Shown: positions 42,875 to 51,967 of the stretch, in pieces
Numbering within the stretch: position 1 is the stretch's first letter
Layout: the number at the start of each line of letters is the position of its first letter
From: Armatimonadota bacterium
GTDB taxonomy: Bacteria; Armatimonadota; SYMT01
Reading direction: 5' to 3'
Assembly: GCA_041690135.1 (NCBI GenBank)
Contig: JAWLHY010000002.1
Coordinates: 720,342-784,341 of the forward strand
Length of the DNA: 64,000 nt
Notes under the pieces: model-generated
The model's input: only the letters and a program-made list of their open reading frames with translations
Database searches by the model: none
What the model was told of the DNA's origin: nothing
Made by a program: the position numbers and the translations under genes

Positions 42875-43333
42875 TCATCCCGCTGTTGGTAGCTCCTGGA
42901 CCTTCGCTGCCTCGGTCAGCATCGTGCGTCCGGCGTTATCCGGCACGCCCAGCTCGTCCTCGCTCCAGTCGTCCCAGCGGCGGAACCACTGGATCACCTC
43001 GATGTTGTTTCCGTCCGGGTCCGCGATGAAGAAGCGGTCCGCCCCGGCGATCGGCACCGTCTCCCGGATTTCCACGCCACGGGCGGCCAGGGTCTCCCGC
43101 GCGGCCTGTACGTCGTCCACGTGGAGCGCCATGTGGCGGGGGGAGACGAAGTCCGGCGTATCGTTGGGGATCAGGTGGATCTGCTGTTCCCCCAGCTCGA
43201 ACCAGCGGACGGGGGTGACGAAGTTGGTGGGGCGCTTGACCTCCTTGAGGCCCAGCGTTTCGCCGTAGAAGGCGACGGCGCGCTCCATGTCGGCGACAAG
43301 GATCGAAACGTGGTGGATGCCGGTGAGTTTCAT
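42875..43333 (-). CDS. VOC/glyoxalase family protein
   Basis: [37 protein letters not shown]. Confidence 0.92.
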   Translation of the reverse strand: MKLTGIHHVSILVADMERAVAFYGETLGLKEVKRPTNFVTPVRWFELGEQQIHLIPNDTPDFVSPRHMALHVDDVQAARETLAARGVEIRETVPIAGADRFFIADPDGNNIEVIQWFRRWDDWSEDELGVPDNAGRTMLTEAAKVQELPTAG

Positions 43334-43391
43334 CGTGCTTCAATCATGGCACCGGGAGGCGGCAGACGTCCGGCCCCGGAAGCACGGCAGC

Positions 43392-43486
43392 ACCCCAGGG
43401 CCAAGCTCACCCACCAAGCCCGCACCTGGCCTTCCGCTTACGCTGCCGGCTACGCCGGGCCTGGTCGGGTGCAGCGACTTTTAGGC
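43392..43486 (-). mobile_element. Integron attC site with a degenerate R' box
   Basis: Minus strand GCCTAAA-AGTC-GCT(G)CACCC(G)ACCAGGCCCG...CGGGCTTGGT-GGGTGAGC-TTGGCC-CTGGGG: long inverted repeat with two extrahelical bases. The GNAT stop lies in the R'' box; the GTT core is lost. Confidence 0.75.
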
Positions 43487-43951
43487 CGTCGCTTCCGGTG
43501 AGAGTGCCTTCATGAGATGATACTTGGCGTGCCCGCAAGAGTCCCAATCATGGAGTTCACCCACCACTTGATAGCCGAGTCGCCGGTAGAAGCCAGGGGC
43601 TTGATAGGACATGGTGTCCACATAGGCGTACTTACACCCGCGGCGTTCCGCCTCCGCTTCCGCGCGCCTAACCAGTTCTGTTCCAATGCCGCAACCGCGC
43701 AACTCCGCCCGGACGGCCATGACGGCCAGTTTGAACCAAGAGAACTGCGTCTCGCCCAGCAGTCCGCCCGCTACCGCTCCCTCTGCATCGAAGGCGATGA
43801 TGATGAGCGGCAGAGGGGCATTGGCTGGCTCTGCGACGCGTGCCCAGAACACCGGATTGGCGGTTTGGTTGAAGCTCCGGAGTTCGTCGTAAACGGCTTC
43901 TCGGATAGTCGTGTCGAGTTGCGAGGTGAGTTCGTAGCGACAGTTTCTCAA
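43481..43951 (-). CDS. GNAT N-acetyltransferase (gene cassette)
   Basis: RGCGIGTEL, DTMSYQAPGFYRRLGY; TTG start after GGAGG; flanked by attC sites. Confidence 0.9.
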   Translation of the reverse strand: MRNCRYELTSQLDTTIREAVYDELRSFNQTANPVFWARVAEPANAPLPLIIIAFDAEGAVAGGLLGETQFSWFKLAVMAVRAELRGCGIGTELVRRAEAEAERRGCKYAYVDTMSYQAPGFYRRLGYQVVGELHDWDSCGHAKYHLMKALSPEATA

Positions 43952-43998
43952 CAGGTTACCTCCGAGTTTCTGATGCCAGGCTCCAAAGAAGCACGGCG

Positions 43999-44056
43999 GT
44001 GTAACGTTGGCGCTCATCCGCGGCGGCTGCGGCTCGGTGCAGCGCCTTGGTTAGCC
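43999..44056 (-). mobile_element. Integron attC site
   Basis: Minus strand GGCTAAC-CAAGG-CGCTGCACCG...CGGATGAGCG-CCAAC-GTTACAC; near-consensus RYYYAAC/GTTRRRY ends and complementary L boxes. Confidence 0.85.
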
Positions 44057-44138
44057 CGCCCTTCCCGAAGCACATGGACGCTGGAGCGTCAAACCAAGAC
44101 GTGCTGCTGCTCGTTCTGCGATCGCACGATGTTTTGGG

Positions 44139-44250
44139 TTCGCCACTCATCTGCTCGAAGATGGCTACAACAACCGCACCGTGCAGGAGTTGCTGGGTCA
44201 CAAGGACGTGAGCACGACCACGATCTACATCCACTTCCTCAACCGCGACG
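44139..44250 (+). pseudogene. intI: C-terminal remnant of an integron integrase (IntI-type tyrosine recombinase)
   Basis: [36 protein letters not shown] matches IntI box II ([37 protein letters not shown]); no upstream part of the gene is present. Confidence 0.85.
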
Positions 44251-44372
44251 GGCGTGACGAAGTTAGAGGGGCGCTTGACCTCTTTGAGGCCCAGGGTTTC
44301 GCCGTAAAAGGCGACGGCGCGCTCCATGTCGGAGACGAGGATGGAGATGTGGTGGATGCCGGTGAGCTTCAC
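44247..44372 (-). pseudogene. Truncated second copy of the VOC gene 5' end
   Basis: 126 nt aligning with 43208-43333 with 13 differences by manual count; interrupted at the intI remnant. Confidence 0.85.
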
Positions 44373-44390
44373 GGTGCTGGGTGGGTATCG

Positions 44391-45023
44391 CTACTTGTTG
44401 CCGGCCAGCGTGAAGTAGCTGGTCATCAGGTTCCGGTAGTTGGGGATGTAGTTGGAGAAGAGCATGCCGAGGCCTTCGATGTCGTTGCGCCAGTCGCGGT
44501 GCAGCTCGCAGGCCATTCCGAACCAATTGATCAACTGCACGCCGGCCGCCTGCATGCGGAGCCAGGCCGTGTGCCGCGTCACCTCGTTGAAGGTCCCGGA
44601 GGCGTCCGTGATGACGAATACCTCGTAGCCTTCCTCGACAGCGGAGAGGGCCGGGAAGGCTACGCAAACTTCGGTCACCACACCGGCGATGATCAACTGC
44701 TTCCGCCCGGTGGCCTTCACTGCCTTCACGAAGTCCTCGTTGTCCCAGGCGTTGATGTTGCCGGGCCGGGCGATGTAAGGCGCGTCCGGGAACATCTCCT
44801 TGAGTTCCGGCACCAGCGGCCCGTTGGGTCCGTTCTCGAAGCTGGTGGTGAGAATGGTCGGAAGCTCGAAGTACTTCGCGCAGGCCGCCGTGGCCAGCAC
44901 GTTGTTCTTGAAAGCGCTCGGCTCGAAGTCCTGGACCAGAGAGATCAGGCCTGCCTGGTGGTCGACCAACAGAATCGCGGCATCGTCTTTGGCAAGACGG
45001 CGGTATTGAAACGGCGCACTCAT
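44391..45023 (-). CDS. ycaC: YcaC-like isochorismatase family hydrolase
   Basis: [50 protein letters not shown]. Confidence 0.9.
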   Translation of the reverse strand: MSAPFQYRRLAKDDAAILLVDHQAGLISLVQDFEPSAFKNNVLATAACAKYFELPTILTTSFENGPNGPLVPELKEMFPDAPYIARPGNINAWDNEDFVKAVKATGRKQLIIAGVVTEVCVAFPALSAVEEGYEVFVITDASGTFNEVTRHTAWLRMQAAGVQLINWFGMACELHRDWRNDIEGLGMLFSNYIPNYRNLMTSYFTLAGNK

Positions 45024-45208
45024 GATCAGCCTCCGTCGGCGGTGAAATGTAATGGGGTTTTACCTCAAGAGCCGGTGGGTGTCCGGTGCTTCATCCGATC
45101 GTGGGAGGAGGGGTGCGGGTTCCTTCCATAACCTTCCACGAAGCGCCGAGATCGACGACTGGCAGGTCATACCGTCATTCCGCGGAACTGCCGGCCTTCT
45201 GGAACATG

Positions 45209-45928
45209 CTATCTGGCGCCAAACCGTTTCAGAAGGCGGACCATCTCCAGGAACTTTTCCGCCCGGGCTCTATCTATCGCGGTGGCACCGGCATGGTCTT
45301 CAGCGTCGACCCGCGCTCCGTGTTTCAGCAGGACCTCGGCTGTTTTCAAGGCGTTTGTGCCGCCCTCAAACCCGCCATCAGCCACGACCATCAGTGCGGT
45401 GGACCCATCCGGGTAAGTCTGCTCCGGGTTCGCACCGTGTTCCAATAGAATGCGCACCATCTCCCATCTGCCATAGTGAGCGGCGTGAATGAGGGGGCTG
45501 ATTCCCGACACCTTTGAGTCAATCTTTGCCCCATGTGCGAGTAGGAGCCGTACCACTTCCGGGTTGCCGGATGCTCCGGCATAGCGCAGGGCAGTCCCGC
45601 CGCCACGATCCGTCTGATTAGGGCTATGCCCTTTCTTGAGAAGTGCCCGGACGGCTGATGCATCGCCAATGAAGGCTGCTAACATCAGGACCGTCTGACC
45701 ACTTGGACCGGTCATGTCGAGGTCTTCGGACCTGCGGATCCGATCGTGCAGTATCAGTTCTGCCCAGCGATTGTCCGTCTGTGGAACCAGGTAGGTCGCG
45801 TGGAAGGTGTCCTGGAGCTCCTCTCGCCTCGCAGCCGCATGTCGACGCTCCGCTGCGGAATGTCCGAGCCCGATGGCACAGAGTATCATCGCCAATGTAA
45901 CGGTAAGGCCGAAGAATCTACGCGACAT
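45209..45928 (-). CDS. Secreted ankyrin repeat protein
   Basis: N-terminal signal; GQTVLMLAA, GGTALRYAG, GISPLIHAA, GSTALM, GATAID. Confidence 0.9.
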   Translation of the reverse strand: MSRRFFGLTVTLAMILCAIGLGHSAAERRHAAARREELQDTFHATYLVPQTDNRWAELILHDRIRRSEDLDMTGPSGQTVLMLAAFIGDASAVRALLKKGHSPNQTDRGGGTALRYAGASGNPEVVRLLLAHGAKIDSKVSGISPLIHAAHYGRWEMVRILLEHGANPEQTYPDGSTALMVVADGGFEGGTNALKTAEVLLKHGARVDAEDHAGATAIDRARAEKFLEMVRLLKRFGAR

Positions 45929-46005
45929 AAATCGTTGACTGCTTTGATTGGACGTTCAAGCTCACCTCCTGCGGCGGGGAGGGGAGTTGCGTCACGAATG
46001 AGCCT

Positions 46006-46329
46006 TCATTCCTGCGGCGGCCAGTAGCTGTCGCAGACCGCAGGTGGAAGGGCGGATCTCGCCATCAGATCCGGGATATGCCCGAACCGCGGTCGTGGCC
46101 TCTCCGTCAGGATCAGCTCGTATTCATCTTCCTCTAGTTGGGTGCGACCGCTCAGCCAGTAAGCAACGATGCGATGATGCCCGTCGTCCACCTAGATCGA
46201 GCCATCTTCCGCTTCGCTCAAGCGAATCGGAGGGATGGGTTCGCCCTTTGCAATCGCCTGCAACAGGGCAGGAATCTGTTCCGCGCGCCGCAGGTTCCGC
46301 TGCGACACGAATAGCATGGTGATGTCCAT
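46006..46329 (-). pseudogene. ParB/Srx-like small protein interrupted by an in-frame TAG
   Basis: GGAGG + ATG 46329: MDITMLFVSQRNLRRAEQIPALLQAIAKGEPIPPIRLSEAEDGSI*VDDGHHRIVAYW...; TAG at 46192-46194. Confidence 0.75.
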
Positions 46330-46481
46330 GTTGACCTCCAGCGGATGCTGGAGATCGGTCCATCACGGGCCTTTGCATGGAATGTATAGGATGTCATCTT
46401 GAGTTCGCTCGCCGGGGCCTTCGTTTCACCCGCGGCTTGCCGCAATTTCGCGGGTGGTCCGCCGGTGTCGCCGGGAATGTG

Positions 46482-46964
46482 TCATTGCGCAGTTTCCTCG
46501 GAAGTGGCCGGCCGAGCGCCCTGTCTTTCCAGGCGTGCCTTCGCCTTGGGCGCCGCCTTTTCGTACGCCTCTACGATGAGAGACGAAACAGACACGAATG
46601 TCTCTTCGCTGGGGTTGAGCACGCACACCCACGACATTGGGCTGTAAGTCGGGTGAGGCATGAGGCGGTCCAACTGCCGGTAGTCGTGGCCCGTCTCGAC
46701 GACACTCCAGTCCTTAGGTGGAGCGGGCGGAGGGCCGAACAGCCGGGTGTAGGTCTCCTTGCTGATGCCGACGTTCAACCGATAGACCCCGGCGCGGCTG
46801 AGCTCGGACACGGGTGCGGCATCGTGAACGTCCCTGGTGACGAGGGTCGCGAACGGCATCATGCGGTCCTCACCGCAGAAGAAGAACGTGTCGCCTTCGG
46901 TAGTAACACGCTGGGCGCCGGGGCACAGGGCCAGAATGCGCTCGATTACGGTTTCTTCGTTCAT
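46482..46964 (-). CDS. DUF6194 family protein
   Basis: MMPFATLVT, GVYRLNVGI, LDRLMPHPTYSPMSWVCVLNPS. Confidence 0.8.
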   Translation of the reverse strand: MNEETVIERILALCPGAQRVTTEGDTFFFCGEDRMMPFATLVTRDVHDAAPVSELSRAGVYRLNVGISKETYTRLFGPPPAPPKDWSVVETGHDYRQLDRLMPHPTYSPMSWVCVLNPSEETFVSVSSLIVEAYEKAAPKAKARLERQGARPATSEETAQ

Positions 46965-46987
46965 GCTGTCAGGTTCCGGAGTCGGAT

Positions 46988-47045
46988 GCGTAACAGATGC
47001 CCCTGCTCATCCGTCAGCATAGATCGGCTGCGGCGACGGTTAGGC
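46988..47045 (-). mobile_element. Degenerate attC site
   Basis: Minus strand GCCTAAC-CGTCG-CCGCAGCCG...CGGATGAGC-(10 nt)-GTTACGC; the stop of the Imm1-like gene lies within GCCTAAC. Confidence 0.6.
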
Positions 47046-47456
47046 CGGCATTCCTTCCCCGTTCTCCCAGCGGATGTTCTCGGTCCTGCGTTGGTCCCGT
47101 ACAAACTCACGGACCGCACGCATGGCCTCGGCAAAGGGCACGAAGTTGCGCCGGTGGAACGGGGTCCAGTTTCCGCAGCCACCGAAACCCACACTGTCGG
47201 TGGCACCGGCGTCCCCCACGGACAGGTAGTACTCCCCGTCGAACGGCTCCACCTGGACCATCACAAACGTGGGGTCCGCCCCGAGGCCCACATGGAGGAG
47301 GTAGTGGGGGATCTCCACGGTCGCGCAGAGGGGCCGGTCGCGGTCGCAATTGCGGCCGATCTCGTGCAAGACCGCTTCCATCTCGTCTACCGAGCCGCAC
47401 CGGAGTGGCGGCCGGTCCTCAGCGATGTGGATCCGGATCTCATCTGGAACTGGCAT
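47040..47456 (-). CDS. Imm1-like immunity protein
   Basis: LHVGLG...VPFAEAMRAVREFVRDQRRTENIRWE pattern. Confidence 0.7.
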   Translation of the reverse strand: MPVPDEIRIHIAEDRPPLRCGSVDEMEAVLHEIGRNCDRDRPLCATVEIPHYLLHVGLGADPTFVMVQVEPFDGEYYLSVGDAGATDSVGFGGCGNWTPFHRRNFVPFAEAMRAVREFVRDQRRTENIRWENGEGMPA

Positions 47457-48027
47457 GACGGATCTTCGTGTCGGCAGCAGCATCGAGAATTCGAACCGTT
47501 CGGAGACCCGCATCCAGCGCGCGCATCAGCGTGTCGAGCCGGCTGTCACCGAAATCACGAGCGGGCATCCGCTGGAGAACCGCACCGACTTCCGGCGGAG
47601 CCTGCTCGATGGCCCGGCGGATCTCGCTGTCGCCTACTGCCGCGTCACCGGATTGCTCGAGCTCGCATGCCCATGCCGCATACGCTGCGGGGCCAAGCAC
47701 ATGGTTCGTTTGATGGGGCGTCGCCAGGGGGTGCAGGTAGGCTATGGCCGCCGCCAGCCCCGCCGCGCGCGCGGCAGCCTTCGCCGCCGGAGGGTCTACC
47801 TCCCTTGCGGCCGCATACGCTGCCCAGGCACATGAGCGCAGCTTTGCGGTGCGCCTCCCCCTTCGCGCGAACTCCATAATGCCTTCGACCGCCGCCCGGG
47901 GCCGGGAATCGGACGGGGCGTGTGCTTCAAAAACCGGCAAAGCCCGGGTGGCGCAATCCGCAGCCCAGCGCCCGAGAACCCAGATCTCCTCCGGTTCCAG
48001 CGGGATCACGCTGTCCTTTTGGGTCAT
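47440..48027 (-). CDS. Imm5-like putative immunity protein
   Basis: WAADCATRALPVFE...SDSRPRAAVE, AAARAAGLAAA, HVLGPAAYAA. Confidence 0.75.
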   Translation of the reverse strand: MTQKDSVIPLEPEEIWVLGRWAADCATRALPVFEAHAPSDSRPRAAVEGIMEFARRGRRTAKLRSCAWAAYAAAREVDPPAAKAAARAAGLAAAIAYLHPLATPHQTNHVLGPAAYAAWACELEQSGDAAVGDSEIRRAIEQAPPEVGAVLQRMPARDFGDSRLDTLMRALDAGLRTVRILDAAADTKIRHASSR

Positions 48028-48044
48028 TCATCGCTCCTCTTGCT

Positions 48045-48848
48045 TCAATCGATGAAGCTGACGACCCGGAGATCTTTGAAGTTCAGCTCACGCAGGACCA
48101 GCACTTGCCCGATCATGCGATGCACCCACTCGTTCCACGTATCATCACCAGCATCCGAGGCCAGTCCCACGCACTCCGGGGGGGCCGCAAACCGCGGCTG
48201 CTGCGCCCGGATCTGCTCCAGCACGGTGACCACGAACTCTGCCTCTTCCTGCGTCCACACGCCCATCTGGAGGCCGGCGTCGTCTGTGGGAATGATCGGG
48301 AAGGCGAAATCCCCGAGCGTGAAGGACCGACTTGGCAGGGGTTTTCCACAATCACAGCCACGGAGCACCTTCTGCCAGAGCAGGACAAACTGCTCGTAAT
48401 CTTCGCGCGCAATTCCGGGGGCCTGCTCCGCATAAGCCAGCAGGCTCCCGATCCACCAGCGACGCTGCCCGTGGGTGACTCTGCGGATGAACGGATAGGA
48501 GGCGCATTGGCTGAAGGCTTGTAAGAGCGCCATCAGGCCCCAGCTTTCGTCCCGGGCCAGGTGTTCGCGGATCGTCTTTGAGAGGAAGGGATGTTCGGCG
48601 ACCGTTTCGCGGGTCAGAACCACAGGTTCATGGCGGGGCGAGGACCACACGTAGGGAGGCTCTCCGGGGTAGGCGATGTAGTATCCTCTCGACTGCTCAT
48701 CGTACCAGCAGAGTTCATCCACTTCGCCCGGAGGATCGCGCCGCAAACCGCGCTCGGCGTAGAGCCAGAGGACGTCGCCCACGGGCTGGTCGAGAAGCTC
48801 ATCCAGTCCGGCAAGGTCAACTGCATACAGTTGGATACGAACGCCCAT
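48045..48848 (-). CDS. Hypothetical protein (acidic, immunity-like)
   Basis: MGVRIQLYAVDL...VVSFID; co-oriented in the small-gene array. Confidence 0.65.
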   Translation of the reverse strand: MGVRIQLYAVDLAGLDELLDQPVGDVLWLYAERGLRRDPPGEVDELCWYDEQSRGYYIAYPGEPPYVWSSPRHEPVVLTRETVAEHPFLSKTIREHLARDESWGLMALLQAFSQCASYPFIRRVTHGQRRWWIGSLLAYAEQAPGIAREDYEQFVLLWQKVLRGCDCGKPLPSRSFTLGDFAFPIIPTDDAGLQMGVWTQEEAEFVVTVLEQIRAQQPRFAAPPECVGLASDAGDDTWNEWVHRMIGQVLVLRELNFKDLRVVSFID

Positions 48849-49006
48849 CGTGAGAAGTGGATGGTCTCGATGCCTGAGGCCTCCGGGCGGCAGTCACGGC
48901 CCGTCACGCGGTCGGGTGCCGCGACTGCCAGGGTGCGATCTGCCTGGGGATGCTGCACTCCGACGTCCGGCGGAGTAGTTTAATCGACGCGGGTGACGGT
49001 TTACAC

Positions 49007-49486
49007 TTATTCATCCGTATTCTCGCGTTCCAAATGGCTGCGCACATCAAGGAGTTCGCCAGGGTCCAGTTGCCAGGCCCATAGATCCACCGCCGCACGA
49101 AGTACGTCTGGGCGTAGCCAGTCGACTATCTGGGCTCGAACGGCTGCGGAATAACCGATGTGTTCCAGGAAGGCTACCCCCACTGCGTTCCCAGGGTCTT
49201 CATCTGCCTCTGGGTCCGCATCCCAACACCAATGGACAAAGTCGTAGATGGCTCTGAGGTCCTCGGTGTTCGAACTCTCGTGAGCCCTCACGCATAACGG
49301 CGCCAGTTCCCCAAAGACATGGTAAATGGAATCATTACTCTCCAGAACCGGTGCGAGATCCCGATGTAGGGCGCGGAAGAGTTGGTTAGCCTGCTGCCGC
49401 CAGGCCGAAGTTGTCGAACACGGCAAAACGGTTCGAGTACCTGCCGAACGCCTGCCGCGATCTGCACTGCACTTCCGTTGGCTCAT
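49007..49486 (-). CDS. DUF7674-like helical hypothetical protein
   Basis: SAWRQQA, AIYDFVHWCW, NAVGVAFLEHI; start uncertain. Confidence 0.6.
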   Translation of the reverse strand: MSQRKCSADRGRRSAGTRTVLPCSTTSAWRQQANQLFRALHRDLAPVLESNDSIYHVFGELAPLCVRAHESSNTEDLRAIYDFVHWCWDADPEADEDPGNAVGVAFLEHIGYSAAVRAQIVDWLRPDVLRAAVDLWAWQLDPGELLDVRSHLERENTDE

Positions 49487-49631
49487 GCTGCGCTCCCTGT
49501 CCCGGCCAGCACGCCGCGGACTAACGCTCTGCCGTTCCGGACCGGAAAACGTAAGATGGAGCATGCAACTAGTTGGCAAGCACCGCAACCATAATTGATT
49601 TGTTCGTCCAGTTCAGGCCATTTGGCCGGCA

Positions 49632-49950
49632 TTAGATCAGGGTGACCGGCTTTCCGTGTCGGAGCTGCCAGCCGGGCTCTCCGAGTTCGGTCACCCCCAC
49701 CGCGAGTGTCCAGCCATTGGAGAACGTGAGAGTAAGCTCCCCTCCGGGTTGAAGGCACACGTGCTCGATTCGCTCGCCCAACAGGTCCAGCAATGGCGCC
49801 AACTCACGCGGGTTGTGGCCACTGCCTGGCCTGGCTCCCGGAAGCACCAGTTGATCGTCGTCGCGAGTAAGCGTGAGCACTTCTGCCAGGGCCAGGTCAT
49901 ACAGCGGTTCGTTTACGCCTGCTGGTTCAACCGCCCAGCGTGAAGTCTTG
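49632..49950 (-). pseudogene. DUF6188-like protein, N-terminus apparently degraded
   Basis: LLDLLGERIEHVCLQPGGELTLTFSNGWTLAV; no convincing start or RBS. Confidence 0.45.
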
Positions 49951-50108
49951 CAGCAGTGTTCGTCAGCACGACAGTCAGCCCCGATTTTCGGAAGTGGGCG
50001 TGCTTTACGGAAACAAGCAGAGTACGAAACTTTCTCTTCCCCATTCTTTCCGCGTCGTTCCGTGTGTTCCGCGGGCACAAACGATTCGCCGCTCGGCAGC
50101 CCTCTTGG

Positions 50109-51797
50109 CTAATCGTCTCCGCGGGAGCGGTCGCGCAGTCGCTTGAAGGGGATATTGCGGAGCAGCGGGTTGCTGAAGTCCAGCGCCGTCACCTTGCCGG
50201 ACCTGTTCCGACGGAAGCGCACCGTCAGCCTGCCCATCTGAAAGGTGTCGGGGTGGACCGGCTGGAATTCCAGGCGCGTCGCCGGCGAGTGCTCGAGGTG
50301 CGCCGCCAGGCCGTCTCCCTGGGGCGTGACCTGGAAAACCGCCCCGATCTCGGTGCTTTCATAGCGGCCCGCGAAGACTTTCAAGTCGTCCGGGGTGGGC
50401 GAGTAGGGCCGGGCGCGGCGATACCGCGTCGTCTTGTTTTTCATGGACTTCAGCTCGAACCGGTCCGGAGAGAGGAAGCGCAACTCGAACTCGTCCCCCG
50501 ACATGAAGCTCAAAACGCTGCGGGGATTGCGGAAGCGGTCCTGGCCCGCCGGAACCAGCGCGGGCCCCCCGGCGATACGCAGCCTACCGCCCTCCGTGGT
50601 CAGTCGCAGCGGCTCGCCCGTGCGCTCGCTAAAGAACAGTCCCGCCCTGCAGTCCAGCTCCGGCTTCACGCCGGCCGGATCGGTACTCGTGGCTGGGGCC
50701 GGAGCCTCGGTCTCATTGGAATCTCTGTCGGGTACAAACAGGTCGAAGATGCGCCTGGCTAATGCGGCGCCGTCCGGTCCTGCGTCCGAATTGCGCAGGA
50801 TAGCGATGGAAAGACCTTGTTCCGGAAAACGGGCCAGAAGTGACTGGTACCCGCCCGCGCCGCCGCTATGCCAGACCACCGGAATGCCGCCGCGCAAGGT
50901 GTCCACGAACAGGCCGCGGGCGTAGCCGATCTTCCTGCCGTTGCGCAGTCTTGCCTGTTCCTGAATCTTTTCGGTGACGAACGGACCGAGACGCCCCTGC
51001 GTCAGCGCGTCGTTCCAGATCAGGAGGTCGGCGGCCGTGCTGAAGAGGGCGCCGCCCCCGCCGCGGTCGTTGTCGAGCCGTGTCGCCAGCTTCCAGCGGC
51101 CATCTACCTTCTCGTAAGCCAGAGCGCGGTTCCGGATCACTTCCCGCAGATCGTCGCGGTAGGCGGTGGCCTTCATCCCAAGCGGTTTGAACAGGCGCCG
51201 GCGCGTGAACTCCGCGAACGAGGCCCCACTCTTGCGCGCGACGATCTCCTTCAGCAGCACGTAGCCGCTGTTCGAGTAGGCCCATTCCTCGCCCGGCGCG
51301 AAGTTGAGGCCGTGCTGGCGCAGGATCATGGTCAGCGCATCCTGGTCGCCGGCCGCCAGCGCCCCGATGGCGGTCCAGTCGCGCAGACCGCTGGTATGGG
51401 TGAGCAGGTGGTCCAGCGTGATCCTGTGGCCGTAATCGGGCAGCACCGGAATGTGCTTGCGGACGTCGTCGGTTAGCGAGAGGCGGCCCTCCTCCACGAG
51501 CAGGAGGACCGCCGCCGCGACGAACTGCTTCACCACGGAACCCACATCGAACACGGTGTCCGGGCGGATCGGCACGTCGCGCTCCAGGTCGGCCGACCCG
51601 TAAGCACGGTTCACGAGCACCTTTCCGTTTCGCGAAACGGCGACCGCGCACCCCGGCGTGTCCGTCTGGACCCAGTTGAAGATCCTGTCAATCTGGGGGC
51701 TCTGGTCCTGGGCGTGCGCGCGACCGCCGGCGAACAGACCGGCGGCCACGCACAACATCAAGAGGAAGGGGGAACGATGCGGATGGTGGTTTCTCAT
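50109..51797 (-). CDS. Serine hydrolase, class C beta-lactamase/PBP fold
   Basis: Signal peptide from ATG 51797; GSVVK (SxxK), YSNSGY, LLTHTSG, WHSG. Confidence 0.92.
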   Translation of the reverse strand: MRNHHPHRSPFLLMLCVAAGLFAGGRAHAQDQSPQIDRIFNWVQTDTPGCAVAVSRNGKVLVNRAYGSADLERDVPIRPDTVFDVGSVVKQFVAAAVLLLVEEGRLSLTDDVRKHIPVLPDYGHRITLDHLLTHTSGLRDWTAIGALAAGDQDALTMILRQHGLNFAPGEEWAYSNSGYVLLKEIVARKSGASFAEFTRRRLFKPLGMKATAYRDDLREVIRNRALAYEKVDGRWKLATRLDNDRGGGGALFSTAADLLIWNDALTQGRLGPFVTEKIQEQARLRNGRKIGYARGLFVDTLRGGIPVVWHSGGAGGYQSLLARFPEQGLSIAILRNSDAGPDGAALARRIFDLFVPDRDSNETEAPAPATSTDPAGVKPELDCRAGLFFSERTGEPLRLTTEGGRLRIAGGPALVPAGQDRFRNPRSVLSFMSGDEFELRFLSPDRFELKSMKNKTTRYRRARPYSPTPDDLKVFAGRYESTEIGAVFQVTPQGDGLAAHLEHSPATRLEFQPVHPDTFQMGRLTVRFRRNRSGKVTALDFSNPLLRNIPFKRLRDRSRGDD

Positions 51798-51967
51798 GAG
51801 TTTCCCTGTCAACCAAGCTTTCTCGACCGGCGCGCGTTCCGGCTCCAGACGACCGCGCCGAACACTGTCAAGACAAGATATTTGCGTCGCAAAGCAAACA
51901 GCGGAGTCAGAGGATGGATCATTGCCGCTCCGCTTCCACGGCTGCGGAAGCAGGGCGGCGGGCTCTG

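Noticed and set aside
43956-45131. ORFs 43956..44372 (-) and 44181..45131 (+) as real genes
   Set aside because: Chimeric read-throughs of the VOC fragment, the intI fragment and antisense ycaC.
40298-45928. Ankyrin as an AnkB-like catalase accessory of katE
   Set aside because: Separated by several unrelated genes and preceded by an attC-like remnant; no operon link.
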